Shown: positions 41,305 to 51,836, numbered from the stretch's first letter. The stretch: DNA of 64,000 nucleotides from an uncultured Poribacteria bacterium (GCA_951813565.1 OX638351.1:3040001-3104000); one strand, 5' to 3'. Made by a program: numbers and translations. The notes: generated by a model from the sequence alone, not told the origin.

Positions 41305-42212
41305 TGAACATCATGTCTTACCGTCTCGCAAACTTTGCTAAAAATGCAATTTCAGTCGCTATCTACTTACTCGGCATTCCGTTGCTCATCCGAGAATGGA
41401 TCTGCCGAAACCGTGTTGCAATCCTTTTGTACCACGATGTGCAGCCGGAAGTATTCACAAGGCATATCGCGTATCTCTCGCGTCATTATGCAATTATTTC
41501 ATTGGAGACACTTGTTTCAGCCATCTACAAAAAAGATTTTTCCGAAATTCCTCCAAAAAGCGTTGTGATTACGATAGACGATGGTCATGCAGGCAACGTT
41601 ACGCTTTTACCAATTATCAAGCAGTACCGCATTTGTCCAACAATCTATGTATGCACACAGATTATCAACACACATCGGCATTTTTGGTTCAGAATACCTG
41701 ACCGATCCAAAAAAGTACGTTTAAAAAAACTACCGAATGCAAAAAGATTAAAACTCCTGAAGCAGGAGAATAACTTTAAGCCTAAAAAAGAATATCAAGA
41801 TAGGCAAGCACTTAATATAGCCGAAATGAAAGAGATGAGACAAGACGTTGACTTTCAACCACATACCCAATTTCATCCGATCCTGCCACAATGTACGGAA
41901 ACAGAATGTAAACAGGAGATTCGTGGAAGCAAAACGGATTTAGAGAAATATTTAGGGATTGAATGTCTCCATTTCAGTTATCCAAATGGGGATTATACTG
42001 AACGCGAGATTGAAATCGTCAAAGCAGAAGGTTTCCGTTCTGCACGCACGACAGATTTAGGGTGGAATAGTATCAATACATCACCTTATAAACTAAAGGT
42101 TATTTCAATCAGTGATGATGCTGGACTTGTCCACTTTCGCGCAGAACTGACAACAATTCCACAACGGCTTGGTAAATGGGTAAATTCTTTGTTATGGAGA
42201 AAAACGAATTAA
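41304..42212 (+). CDS. Polysaccharide deacetylase family protein
   Basis: LLYHDV, ITIDDG, HTQFH, FSYPNG. Confidence 0.88.
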   Translation: MNIMSYRLANFAKNAISVAIYLLGIPLLIREWICRNRVAILLYHDVQPEVFTRHIAYLSRHYAIISLETLVSAIYKKDFSEIPPKSVVITIDDGHAGNVTLLPIIKQYRICPTIYVCTQIINTHRHFWFRIPDRSKKVRLKKLPNAKRLKLLKQENNFKPKKEYQDRQALNIAEMKEMRQDVDFQPHTQFHPILPQCTETECKQEIRGSKTDLEKYLGIECLHFSYPNGDYTEREIEIVKAEGFRSARTTDLGWNSINTSPYKLKVISISDDAGLVHFRAELTTIPQRLGKWVNSLLWRKTN

Positions 42213-42892
42213 CAAAATGGCACCGTGCCTACATTCAGAACGCTTATCACGAATTGGAACAAGGCATAACACGAAAGCAACTTGGCACACTCAATATCAA
42301 AACTACTGACAGAAAGGTGTTGGATGTTGGGTGCGGTCCAGGAAACCTCCTCGTCGCGCTATCTGCAGACACCCCGCAGCTCCTTGTCGGTGTTGATGTA
42401 GATGCAACCTTTTTAACGCTTGGGCGTTCCAAAATAGAGAAATTAATTACCCCGCCTTCAAAAGTTCCTACCTTGATTTGTGCATCACTTCCGACCTTAC
42501 CTTTTGCGGATGAAACTTTTGATCTCGTAACCTGTTTCCTCGTTATGCCGCATGTGCCTGATGATAAAGTTGCCTTAACCGAACTTGCACGTGTCCTAAA
42601 ACCGGGAGGCACACTCGCTATCTCTGGACATGGATTAGGATTTCCACTTCGCTATCTTAAACGTTTCAGGTTGAAACCGTTGCGGATGTATCTCGCCAGT
42701 TTAATTTATAGATGTACAGGTAAAAAGTGGATACGAAACACGCTTCAAAATGAAAAGCAGATTTGCAACATTTTAAACGACATCGGTTTAACCATAGATG
42801 TCCGAAACTACAATAAAAAAGTACTTGGATGTGTCGCCACCTATTGGATTAGGGCAACCAAAAGCGAAACAATTCCTAATGCAACACAGTAA
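42194..42892 (+). CDS. Class I SAM-dependent methyltransferase
   Basis: VLDVGCGPG, LPFADETFD, RVLKPGG. Confidence 0.88.
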   Translation: MEKNELTKWHRAYIQNAYHELEQGITRKQLGTLNIKTTDRKVLDVGCGPGNLLVALSADTPQLLVGVDVDATFLTLGRSKIEKLITPPSKVPTLICASLPTLPFADETFDLVTCFLVMPHVPDDKVALTELARVLKPGGTLAISGHGLGFPLRYLKRFRLKPLRMYLASLIYRCTGKKWIRNTLQNEKQICNILNDIGLTIDVRNYNKKVLGCVATYWIRATKSETIPNATQ

Positions 42893-43680
42893 TAGGAAAA
42901 TAGAGAGAACTTGCCTCGGTTTAATACGACCAGCAGAAAGCGCAATGCGATATAACCGATAATAAACGAGGTAAACATTCCAGTTCCTATGATATAAAAT
43001 GGAATGGCGGTGTTTTCAATGTCCGATATTTTGAGCGCCACTGCACCGAGTATTGCAGGAATTGAGAGTAGAAAGGAGTATTCTGCAGCAGTTTTAGCGG
43101 GAATTCCCAAAAATAGAGCAAGCGAAATTGTTGTTCCTGAACGCGAGATGCCGGGTGTAATAGCACATCCTTGGGCAATTCCAATAAGCGGCGCGTGCCA
43201 GGTTTTCACTTCACTATTTGAAGAATCGGCACTATCCATATTCCCTCTACGGAGGCGAGGCAATTGAAGGATGATACCGGTAAGGATTAGCATGATGCTC
43301 ACGATGTGGACTTTATCAAAGAAGGACTCTAACTGTGTCTTGAACAACACTGCGATGATGCCTGTAGGAATAGACCCAAGCAGAATCAACCAGATAAACC
43401 TGAGTTCAACTGATGCGTTAACCGTTGTAATCGGTTTTCGATAAAACTGAGCATTTCCAAGCGTTGATAGCCCGCCAATCACTAATCTTCCTATTGCGCC
43501 ACGATATGCGACAAGTACAGCCGCTAATGTCCCTACGTGTAGCATTACATCAAAAAAGACGAGTGATTCTTTTAATCCGAGGTATTGCTGTGCTAAGACG
43601 AGGTGCCCTGAACTACTAACGGGGAGAAATTCGGTTAAACCTTGTAAAATGCCCAGAACAATTGCTTCAAGTAATGTCAT
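42841..43680 (-). CDS. uppP: Undecaprenyl-diphosphate phosphatase
   Basis: QGLTEFLPVSSSGHL, PGISRSGTT, AEYSFLLSIP. Confidence 0.93.
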   Translation of the reverse strand: MTLLEAIVLGILQGLTEFLPVSSSGHLVLAQQYLGLKESLVFFDVMLHVGTLAAVLVAYRGAIGRLVIGGLSTLGNAQFYRKPITTVNASVELRFIWLILLGSIPTGIIAVLFKTQLESFFDKVHIVSIMLILTGIILQLPRLRRGNMDSADSSNSEVKTWHAPLIGIAQGCAITPGISRSGTTISLALFLGIPAKTAAEYSFLLSIPAILGAVALKISDIENTAIPFYIIGTGMFTSFIIGYIALRFLLVVLNRGKFSLFSYYCVALGIVSLLVALIQ

Positions 43681-43688
43681 ATTGCATT

Positions 43689-44498
43689 TTACGCCTGGCG
43701 AAATCCTGTCTCTGTGCGATGCCAATTCTGTCCTTCGTCAGGGTGACGAAAAGGTATGTTTCTACCCAATAACTGTTTTAATACGTCACTTTCATCTGCT
43801 AACACATCATCAGTCAATTGCCGAGGCATATCCTCTTGTGGATAGATGACAGAGCGATTATACATGCCGAGTAACCCAACACGCTGTGTGTCCGTTGTGT
43901 TCGGCAGACACTGATGCCAGATCGCACCGTTTGTGAATAGGATAGAACCTTTTGGTGCGATTGCAACACTCATCTCAAGTCCTTCTGCTTCACCCAATTC
44001 CGGGCGGCGGAGCGTTTTGTGTGAACCTGCAATACATGCCGTTGCACCGTTTTCTGCTGTGAAATCGTCTAACATCCACACCGTTTGTCCTGTCAGTGAA
44101 CCGGATGGAAACGGGGCTTGCATCGCCCAATACGGGTAGTCAATATGCCAACCGCCTGCAGGTGCGCCCGGTCCGACGATGTTTGCTGTGAACGTGGATG
44201 CAATCACATCCTCACCGAGCATCCGTTTCCACACTGCCACCACGGTTGGATGCTGAATCAGCCTCCGAAAAATGGGTGATTTGCCTACAATTGCCCAGAC
44301 GCGTCTGATTTTAGCGTCACCATAACTGTGGTCATGTCCATTCGCGATGTCCTCTTCAACCAGCTCCCAAATAGCCTCACGTGCTTCGTCTGCTTCCTCA
44401 TCTGAAACCACATTCTCAATAATGTGAAAGCCAATTTCGCGTAGGTCATGTTCAACAAGGTCAAGTCTTTCTGAATTTAATGCGGATTTAATTTGCAT
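43689..44498 (-). CDS. Phytanoyl-CoA dioxygenase (PhyH) family protein
   Basis: WHID, LDDFTAENGAT...GSH, distal WH. Confidence 0.88.
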   Translation of the reverse strand: MQIKSALNSERLDLVEHDLREIGFHIIENVVSDEEADEAREAIWELVEEDIANGHDHSYGDAKIRRVWAIVGKSPIFRRLIQHPTVVAVWKRMLGEDVIASTFTANIVGPGAPAGGWHIDYPYWAMQAPFPSGSLTGQTVWMLDDFTAENGATACIAGSHKTLRRPELGEAEGLEMSVAIAPKGSILFTNGAIWHQCLPNTTDTQRVGLLGMYNRSVIYPQEDMPRQLTDDVLADESDVLKQLLGRNIPFRHPDEGQNWHRTETGFRQA

Positions 44499-44515
44499 TA
44501 TGTCTCACCTCTATA

Positions 44516-45508
44516 CTACCGAATACGCGGTAGGTTACGAATTGTCTCAATAATCTGATCTTCTAAGTCATCTGCATCGCTATCTGGTACTCGATTGTGT
44601 TTATCCATCCACGCAATATTTTTTGCCACGCTCTCAGTTACCAGAATTTGTGGACTGAATTCGGGTAACGCTGCCGCTAATTTCTCATGACTGAAAATTT
44701 GTGTATGTCCGAAGTTACCACGAAGTCCACTGAACCGTTCTGGTGACATCGCAATAAGTGTCTCTTGAGATACATGCACTATTTCTATGTCAACGCCAAG
44801 CGCTTCTGCAGCAGCACGGTGCCATTCATCCCAAGTGCGTGCTTGCGGATGGACAAGGTTGTATATTTCTCCAAAACATTGAGATTTTCCAAGGATTTCT
44901 GCAAACGCATTACCTGCATCTCGTGATGCAAGGAATTGGAAATAGTTTAGTCCATCGCCAGCGGAGAGGATCGGTTTTCCCTTGCGCAACCGGTCAATCC
45001 AACCACCGTCTCCTCCCACCTGCCGAAGAACATCCATCCCAGGGCCATGTGTATAAGACGGTTTGAAAATGGTTACAGGAAATCCATCGCGTGCATGTGC
45101 TTCTAATAAAAAGTTATCTGCAGCGACTTTTCCGAGTCCATAGCCCGATGTGCCTTGCAACGGTGCTGTTTCTGGTAGATTAATTCCACTGAACGGTGGC
45201 CCATAAGTCATCACGGTGGAGCACTGGACGAAATGTCCGACGCGTCCCTGACATGCACGTAATGCAGACGCGGCGTCTTCAGCATTGAAACTAATCATAT
45301 CAATGACAGCGTCCCAGTTTTCTGCACCGACTTTTGCCTCAAAATCGTCGCGATGTTGTCGGTCACCAAGAATCACACGGACATCTGGCGGTGGTGGGTC
45401 AACATGCTGTCCGCGGTTGAAAAGCACAACTTCGTAATTTCGGTTTTGCAGTGCCGCTACAATTCCACGACTGATGTTGCCTGTTCCACCGATAACTAAG
45501 ACTTTCAT
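44516..45508 (-). CDS. NAD-dependent epimerase/dehydratase family protein
   Basis: VIGGTGNIS, YGLGK. Confidence 0.85.
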   Translation of the reverse strand: MKVLVIGGTGNISRGIVAALQNRNYEVVLFNRGQHVDPPPPDVRVILGDRQHRDDFEAKVGAENWDAVIDMISFNAEDAASALRACQGRVGHFVQCSTVMTYGPPFSGINLPETAPLQGTSGYGLGKVAADNFLLEAHARDGFPVTIFKPSYTHGPGMDVLRQVGGDGGWIDRLRKGKPILSAGDGLNYFQFLASRDAGNAFAEILGKSQCFGEIYNLVHPQARTWDEWHRAAAEALGVDIEIVHVSQETLIAMSPERFSGLRGNFGHTQIFSHEKLAAALPEFSPQILVTESVAKNIAWMDKHNRVPDSDADDLEDQIIETIRNLPRIR

Positions 45509-45599
45509 TTGTTAGATGTCTCCTTTATCAATACAATATCCATTTGATCTGTCTACTATTGTCTTGTTTATGCTAAACATATAGACTTTCTTGAGAATT

Positions 45600-45917
45600 T
45601 TATTCAAAATTGTTGTTCACCTGCACGACAGTCTTATTACGTTTTCGGCGTGAAAAGGAGATACCACCGAATCCACTAATGATGGCGATGTAAAAACCGA
45701 AGTCGTACCACCATCCACTGTTTTGAGGTTCATAGACGCGAATATCCGAATTGAATATACTCCAGATTAGCGAAACCGGTGCAATCCATCCATGCCAAAT
45801 TCCCCAGAAAAATTCTGCAGGTTTCTCTGCGGTATGCTTTCCGTCACCAGGGATGCATCCTACAACCGTGATAAGTGTTATGAATAAAATTAGGCAAATT
45901 ACCTTTTGAGTGTTCAT
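45600..45917 (-). CDS. Small membrane lipoprotein of unknown function
   Basis: Lipobox-like VVGC; FWGIWHG..P and WYDFGF motifs. Confidence 0.7.
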   Translation of the reverse strand: MNTQKVICLILFITLITVVGCIPGDGKHTAEKPAEFFWGIWHGWIAPVSLIWSIFNSDIRVYEPQNSGWWYDFGFYIAIISGFGGISFSRRKRNKTVVQVNNNFE

Positions 45918-45921
45918 CTTT

Positions 45922-46923
45922 CTACTCTATGTTCATTTCAAGTTGTGGATGATCTACATCAACGATTGCTCTTGCTAAAGCCCAATCTAATCGGCGTCGG
46001 TAGTGTCCGTCACGACGTAATCCCTTGAACGCTGTCAAAAAAACGTCGTGAGTTTTTTCTCGGATTGTTGCTAACTGACCATTAAGCATATCAATATCCA
46101 CAGGCCACGGCACACCGATTTTCGTGATTGAACGGCAGTGTGTCCGCACTTTATACTCACCCAATTCTTCTGGTGGACAAAAACGGATAGAGGCAGAAAC
46201 GGTGTTATCTATAGCGATGAGTCCCAGATTTCCTTGCGGTTCATTGAACACAATGCTACGGTTGTTAGCAGGCAATGGCAGATGTTTTCGCAATTCTCTA
46301 AGTTTTCCGAGCAGTTGATTATTGCGCCATACCCTTACATCCGATGTTTCGTGCGGCGCAAACAATGCAAGGCCTACCGGATGTTCAGTGTCATCAAACA
46401 TATAGCTTGTCTTTTTCCCATCATTATCTGGTGTTGTTACATTTTGCGTTTGTGGAACTAAAGAGATAAAATCGGATAACCGATGCAGGAACAGGCTACT
46501 CCGAATGAATGCTTCAGGGATAATTGCTGCGACCCATTCACAATGTGTCAAGCATTTCTCAAGCGCATATTTGTAAAGATCATCGTGGTTAGTTGCTTCT
46601 GGGAAAGGCAAACCTCGGCGTGTTGCGGAGTTGCGAGCAAGCCACGGTGGATTGGTAATGCAAACATTAAATCCTTTAGGAAAGTCCGCGAGTGTGTCGC
46701 GTTGCACAACACCTTTTGCCCCTGGCTCAATATCGTAAAACATCCAATCTTGACACCGTAAATATGCTAAGTCAATCAATTGCGGAATGTCCTTAGCACC
46801 TGCAAAAGGTTCTAATACGATCTGTTGTTCTAAATCAGAATCTTTTGCCCACCTATGGAACGGTTTCAGTCGAAAAGGATTTCCGCGGGTGTAGTAGCGG
46901 CCATTCGCACGTTTTTTGTCCAT
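45922..46923 (-). CDS. Putative amino (N6-adenine-type) DNA methyltransferase
   Basis: GRYYT, LEPFAG (motif I), YDI, ITNPPW (motif IV), DLY. Confidence 0.7.
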   Translation of the reverse strand: MDKKRANGRYYTRGNPFRLKPFHRWAKDSDLEQQIVLEPFAGAKDIPQLIDLAYLRCQDWMFYDIEPGAKGVVQRDTLADFPKGFNVCITNPPWLARNSATRRGLPFPEATNHDDLYKYALEKCLTHCEWVAAIIPEAFIRSSLFLHRLSDFISLVPQTQNVTTPDNDGKKTSYMFDDTEHPVGLALFAPHETSDVRVWRNNQLLGKLRELRKHLPLPANNRSIVFNEPQGNLGLIAIDNTVSASIRFCPPEELGEYKVRTHCRSITKIGVPWPVDIDMLNGQLATIREKTHDVFLTAFKGLRRDGHYRRRLDWALARAIVDVDHPQLEMNIE

Positions 46924-47058
46924 TTTCTACTTTTGTCTTATCTATCCAATTTTGTTTCAAAGGATGGAGAACTTTTCTGTAATTTACACATATTCGCGTA
47001 ATATATCAAGCAGAATTTAATAAATATCTTCAACATCCCTTTACAATGTAAAATAAAT

Positions 47059-47087
47059 TTGACAAAACTTGTTTTACCGTGTAGTAT
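47059..47087 (+). promoter_or_regulatory. Sigma-70 promoter of the multicopper oxidase gene
   Basis: TTGACA-17bp-TAGTAT. Confidence 0.6.
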
Positions 47088-47133
47088 ATTAGTCAAATTT
47101 AGATTGTTTGGGGTAAAACCGAGTTAATATATT

Positions 47134-48186
47134 ATGAAAATGAGTCTCAATATCATAAAACAAAGATTTAAAGTGTTAGTCAGCGCGTGTTTATTTTTGT
47201 CTTTCTGCGCTGTATATGTTGAAGCAGCAACGCGTGAATACTGGATTGCTGCCGAAAAAGTTGTTTGGAATTACGCACCGAGCGGAAAAAATCTTGTCCG
47301 TCCGAAAATGGGATTAGGTGTTTGGGGTAAGGTGCTCACATACCATAAATATCGCTACATTCAATATACTGATGACACCTATACTAAACAGGTTGAACAA
47401 CCCGAGTGGATGGGTATCCTCGGACCGCAATTGCGTGCCGTGGAAGGCGATAATATTAAGGTGTATTTTCTAAATCGTGCCGACAAACCGCTCAGTATTC
47501 ATGTACACGGTTTGCAATATGATGAGGCAAACGAAGGCGCTGATATGAAAGGACTTGGAGCCGCTGTTCCACCGGGTGGTACGTTCACTTATCATTGGGA
47601 AGTTGGGGAAGACGCTGCACCCGGTCCAAACGATCCATCATCCATCGTCTGGCTTTATCATTCGCATGTTGACGCGGTTACAGAGGTGTACGATGGACTC
47701 ATCGGCACAATTATTGTCACTAAAAAAGGGATGGAACGTTCCGAAAAGGATGCACGTCCAAAAGATGTTGATAAATCGTTTACGACACTATTTCTTATTT
47801 TCAATGAAAACGAACGCGAAATAGCCGATAGTGCATACTACGAAGCTTATAAATCTCCCGAAGAAGCCGAAGAAGGAAATCTTAAACATGCAATCAACGG
47901 ATTTATCTTCGGAAATTTGAAGGGTTTAGAAGTGAACCAAGGAGATAGAGTACGTTGGCATCTTGTGGGGTTAGGCACTGAAGTAGACATGCACACGGCG
48001 CACTGGCACGGGCAAACCGTCTTAAATAGTGGTAAACGCACAGACGTTGTTGATCTGTTGCCGGGCAGTATGGTCACCGTAGATATGGTAGCGAGAATGC
48101 CGGGGAATTGGCTTTATCATTGCCACGTTGCTGACCATATTACAGCGGGAATGAATACACGCTGGCGGGTCGTGCCGAAACATTAG
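47134..48186 (+). CDS. Secreted two-domain multicopper oxidase
   Basis: IHVHG, WLYHSH, MHTAHWHG, WLYHCHVADHITAGM; signal peptide. Confidence 0.9.
   Translation: MKMSLNIIKQRFKVLVSACLFLSFCAVYVEAATREYWIAAEKVVWNYAPSGKNLVRPKMGLGVWGKVLTYHKYRYIQYTDDTYTKQVEQPEWMGILGPQLRAVEGDNIKVYFLNRADKPLSIHVHGLQYDEANEGADMKGLGAAVPPGGTFTYHWEVGEDAAPGPNDPSSIVWLYHSHVDAVTEVYDGLIGTIIVTKKGMERSEKDARPKDVDKSFTTLFLIFNENEREIADSAYYEAYKSPEEAEEGNLKHAINGFIFGNLKGLEVNQGDRVRWHLVGLGTEVDMHTAHWHGQTVLNSGKRTDVVDLLPGSMVTVDMVARMPGNWLYHCHVADHITAGMNTRWRVVPKH
47135..47149. promoter_or_regulatory. Fur-box-like site over the start codon
   Basis: TGAAAAT-G-AGTCTCA, 3 mismatches to the 7-1-7 TGATAAT-N-ATTATCA consensus. Confidence 0.35.
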
Positions 48187-48438
48187 CCAGACAGGGGCAA
48201 CAACTCTGAACTTATTATCACTTTATCTGTCATAAAACTATGAAGGATGGGTATAATAAACAACCTTGATTATGCTTAAAGGTAGTAGGCACGCTCCGCG
48301 TGCCGTACACAGATTGTTTTAAATAGACGACAAATTACAGAAGCCCTTTGGCGTTAATTTGACAATGAATTGCGCTATTACGAACGCCGTAAATATAAAT
48401 AGAAACGTATAGGTGTTTTAGATTTAACAATAGAGGAG

Positions 48439-49455
48439 ATGACTATGTTTAAAAACCGATCCATTTTATTCAATTACTTTTTATCTATCTTTCTGTTGCT
48501 CACACTCATCGGGACAGTGCATGCCGAAACGATAACACTCTATTCGGGACGTAGTAAGAGTCTCGTTGACCCAATTATTCAGCAGTTTGAAAAAGAGACA
48601 GGCATTGAAGTAAAGGTAAGTTATGCTAATACGACTCAGTTAGCCGCTAAACTTCAGGCCGAGGGTGAAAAAAGTTCCGCATCTCTATTTTGGGCACAAG
48701 ATGCTGGTGCGCTTGGTTCTGTCAACAAGAAAGAATTGTTCACAAAGCTGCCGGAATCAATTCTTATGAAAGTTCCGAAGACCTTCCGTCACGCTGATGG
48801 ATTCTGGGTTGCGACAAGCGGTAGGGCTCGCGTCCTTGCTTATTCCCCTGAGCGCGTAAAAATTGAAGCACTTCCTGAAAGCGTGTTTGATTTAACGCAA
48901 CCGAAGTGGCGTGGCAAAGTCGGTTGGGCACCGCTAAATGCCTCATTCCAAGCGTTTGTAACAGCGATGCGTGCACAAGTTGGTGAGGAGCGCGCCGAAA
49001 AATGGCTACGCGATATGAAAGCCAACGGCGCAAAAACCTATCCCAAGAATACACCGATTATAGAGGCACTTGCTGCAGGGGAAATTGATCTCGGTTTGCC
49101 AAACCATTACTACCTCTTCCGTTTTAAAAAGAGAGATTCAAAATATCCAGTGGAACAGACCTTCTTTAGAGCAAACGATCCAGGCAACCTTGTGAATGTC
49201 GCTGGAATTGGATTGCTGAAAAGTGGCGAAAACAAAGAAACTGCTCTTAAGTTCATTGAATTTCTTCTCTCGGCTAAAGCACAACAGTACTTTGTCAGTG
49301 AGGTTTTTGAATACCCTGTGACTGAAGGTGTGATACCGAATGCCAAATTATTGCCATTAGAAGATTTACTCAAAATAGTGCCGACATTTGATTTAAATGA
49401 AATGGATGATCTTGAAGGTACCATCAAACTGCTTCGACGGGTCGAGATGATGTAG
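48439..49455 (+). CDS. Fe3+ ABC transporter substrate-binding protein (FutA/FbpA-like)
   Basis: LYSGR, RARVLAY, NHYY, FEYP. Confidence 0.88.
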   Translation: MTMFKNRSILFNYFLSIFLLLTLIGTVHAETITLYSGRSKSLVDPIIQQFEKETGIEVKVSYANTTQLAAKLQAEGEKSSASLFWAQDAGALGSVNKKELFTKLPESILMKVPKTFRHADGFWVATSGRARVLAYSPERVKIEALPESVFDLTQPKWRGKVGWAPLNASFQAFVTAMRAQVGEERAEKWLRDMKANGAKTYPKNTPIIEALAAGEIDLGLPNHYYLFRFKKRDSKYPVEQTFFRANDPGNLVNVAGIGLLKSGENKETALKFIEFLLSAKAQQYFVSEVFEYPVTEGVIPNAKLLPLEDLLKIVPTFDLNEMDDLEGTIKLLRRVEMM

Positions 49456-49579
49456 ACAGAAATGGAAATTGATTGTTGAGATATTGAGGTGAATCATCAA
49501 TACGCAACGCACCTTAATAATTCAAGTTGGACAAAGATGGTACTTCTTCATTCCTGCAATCATTATTGCTGTCGGTGGG

Positions 49580-51049
49580 TTGATTCCATTAGGATATCTG
49601 ATTGCCAAAGCGTTTGATGTTGAGGGCACTGCGCTGGTGGAAAATCTGTTTCGCTGGCGAAACGCGAAACTTTTTCTCAACACGCTTTTGTTGACGGTTG
49701 GCGTTCTTATTTTTGATATTCTTTTGGCAACCCCTGCGGCATGGTTGACCACCCACTCGGACCTCCGAGGTAAACGGATTTTTAGCGTCTTATGCGCGTT
49801 GCCTTTAGCTATCCCAGGCTATGTGATGGCTTACGCGCTCTTGGCACTTGGAGGAAATAACGGTATATTTGCCGCACTTTTTGGTAAAAGCCTCCCACGT
49901 CTTAGCGGATACTGGGGGGCTTTAATCGCGCTCTCCTTCTATACAAGTCCATATCTCTTTCTGAATTTACGCACAGCACTCTTAGGGCTTGACCCAAGTC
50001 TTGAGGAATCAGCACGAAGTCTCGGTTACCGACAGTGGGACGTTTTCATACGTGTTATCCTTCCACAACTTCGTCCCGCATTCTATGCAGCCGGAATGCT
50101 CATCTGTTTACATGTGCTTGGTGATTTTGGTGTTGTTTCGTTGATGCGTTACGAGACATTTAGTTATGCGCTGTACATTGAGTATAACATGGCGTTTGAG
50201 CATAACTACGCTGCATGGTTGGCGTTGATACTTCTTGCCTTTACGGGTTGCCTACTCTATCTTGAAACACAATTGTTAACTAAAGTAACGCTCCATCGTG
50301 CAGGACATGGCACTTCTCGGCACCGGACCTTAATCCCGCTGGGTAGATGGAAAAGTGCGGGTTATCTTTATTTAAGTTTACTGTTCGTTGCAACTGTCGG
50401 GATACCTGCAGCGACTGTTTTTCTTTGGCTGTTCAAGGGGTTCGAGGTATCAGCATTAGATGGCGTGTTGGAATCACTGGTCGGTTCTATAGGGGTTGCT
50501 GTTCCATCCGCGTTATGCTGTGCAGTTTTAGCTGTTCCATTTGCATATATTGGTGTGCGTTATTCTTCACGTTTCTCAAACACGTTAGCGCGAATTCCGT
50601 ATATCATTTACGCTATACCACCGCTTGCATTTGCACTATCATTCATCTTTATTGTGGGAAGTACTGAGACTATATTTTTACTAATCTGCGCGTGTATTCT
50701 ACACTTCCTTGCAGAAGCGACAGGACCCGTGCGTAGTTCACTCTACCAAGCTTCACCCCACTTGGAGGAAGCTGCGCGTTCACTCGGATGTTCACCTGTC
50801 CAAGCATTTCTCAGGACGCTATTTCCACTCCTCACACGCGGCATGTTGGCTGCCACTGTCCTCGTTTTCCTCGCCACAATGAAAGAATTGCCGCTGACCC
50901 TCCTACTCCGTCCCCCCGAATATGAGACTTTAGCAGTTAACGTGTGGGATTACACAGGAGAAGCAATGTTCGCTCAGGCTGCCCCCTATGCATTTGTAAT
51001 CCTGATTTTTTCAGCCCTCTTTATCGGCACTCTCATCCACAAAGAGTAA
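49580..51049 (+). CDS. Fe3+ ABC transporter permease; true start probably upstream
   Basis: Two EESARSLG/EEAARSLG loops, MKELPLTLLLRP; frame open from 49493. Confidence 0.88.
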   Translation: MIPLGYLIAKAFDVEGTALVENLFRWRNAKLFLNTLLLTVGVLIFDILLATPAAWLTTHSDLRGKRIFSVLCALPLAIPGYVMAYALLALGGNNGIFAALFGKSLPRLSGYWGALIALSFYTSPYLFLNLRTALLGLDPSLEESARSLGYRQWDVFIRVILPQLRPAFYAAGMLICLHVLGDFGVVSLMRYETFSYALYIEYNMAFEHNYAAWLALILLAFTGCLLYLETQLLTKVTLHRAGHGTSRHRTLIPLGRWKSAGYLYLSLLFVATVGIPAATVFLWLFKGFEVSALDGVLESLVGSIGVAVPSALCCAVLAVPFAYIGVRYSSRFSNTLARIPYIIYAIPPLAFALSFIFIVGSTETIFLLICACILHFLAEATGPVRSSLYQASPHLEEAARSLGCSPVQAFLRTLFPLLTRGMLAATVLVFLATMKELPLTLLLRPPEYETLAVNVWDYTGEAMFAQAAPYAFVILIFSALFIGTLIHKE

Positions 51050-51122
51050 AATGACACAATTTTCAACAATTCTTGGACATATTTGTCTAATTCTGATATA
51101 ATGCGGACATGTAATTTGGTGA

Positions 51123-51836
51123 TTGTATGTCAGTCATCGGTTACCGACATTTCGTAATACCTGCATACACTATGGAAAACATACTTTGTTAGAATTTTTC
51201 ACATTACCGTCGTTTACCGCGCTTGGTGGAAATGCGCTCAGAATACTCCTCTCATTTGTGCTGAGTGTATTTATTGTGCTTATTTATCAGTGGACACATG
51301 CCAAAGCGCCACAAAAATCTTTTACCGATACCCTCATCATCCTTTGCATGTTAATTTCAGTGGTGATGGTCATAATTGGCGATAGCATTGCAAGAGCATT
51401 TAGTCTTGTCGGGGCGCTTTCAATTATTCGTTTTCGCACAGCAATCCAGGACCCGCGCGATATAGGATTTGTTTTTTTCGCGTTAGCAGCGGGTATGGCT
51501 GTTGGTGCTGGAAGTCCAGCAGTTGCAATTCTCGCTACGTTCCTTATAGGGATTATTATCCTTTGTATGTACCATTGGCATCAACATTTTGCAAAGGATA
51601 ACGAATTTACGCTTGAAATTTGTCTGCTTCCCGACCAACAATCCGAAACCGTTTATCGTCCAATTTTCAATAAGCACATCACCTATGAACGTTTAATTGA
51701 AAAACGGATAAAAAAATCACAAGTAGTTGAATTGAACTTCCGTGTAAAATTGGCAAAGCCTAATGAGTGGCTCACATTTTATAATGAACTCTCTAAACAT
51801 GAAAGCATCACTGAAGTTAAATTAGATCAGGAATAA
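51123..51836 (+). CDS. DUF4956-type membrane protein (start uncertain)
   Basis: ARAFSLVGALSIIRFRTAIQDPRDIGF. Confidence 0.8.
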   Translation: MYVSHRLPTFRNTCIHYGKHTLLEFFTLPSFTALGGNALRILLSFVLSVFIVLIYQWTHAKAPQKSFTDTLIILCMLISVVMVIIGDSIARAFSLVGALSIIRFRTAIQDPRDIGFVFFALAAGMAVGAGSPAVAILATFLIGIIILCMYHWHQHFAKDNEFTLEICLLPDQQSETVYRPIFNKHITYERLIEKRIKKSQVVELNFRVKLAKPNEWLTFYNELSKHESITEVKLDQE

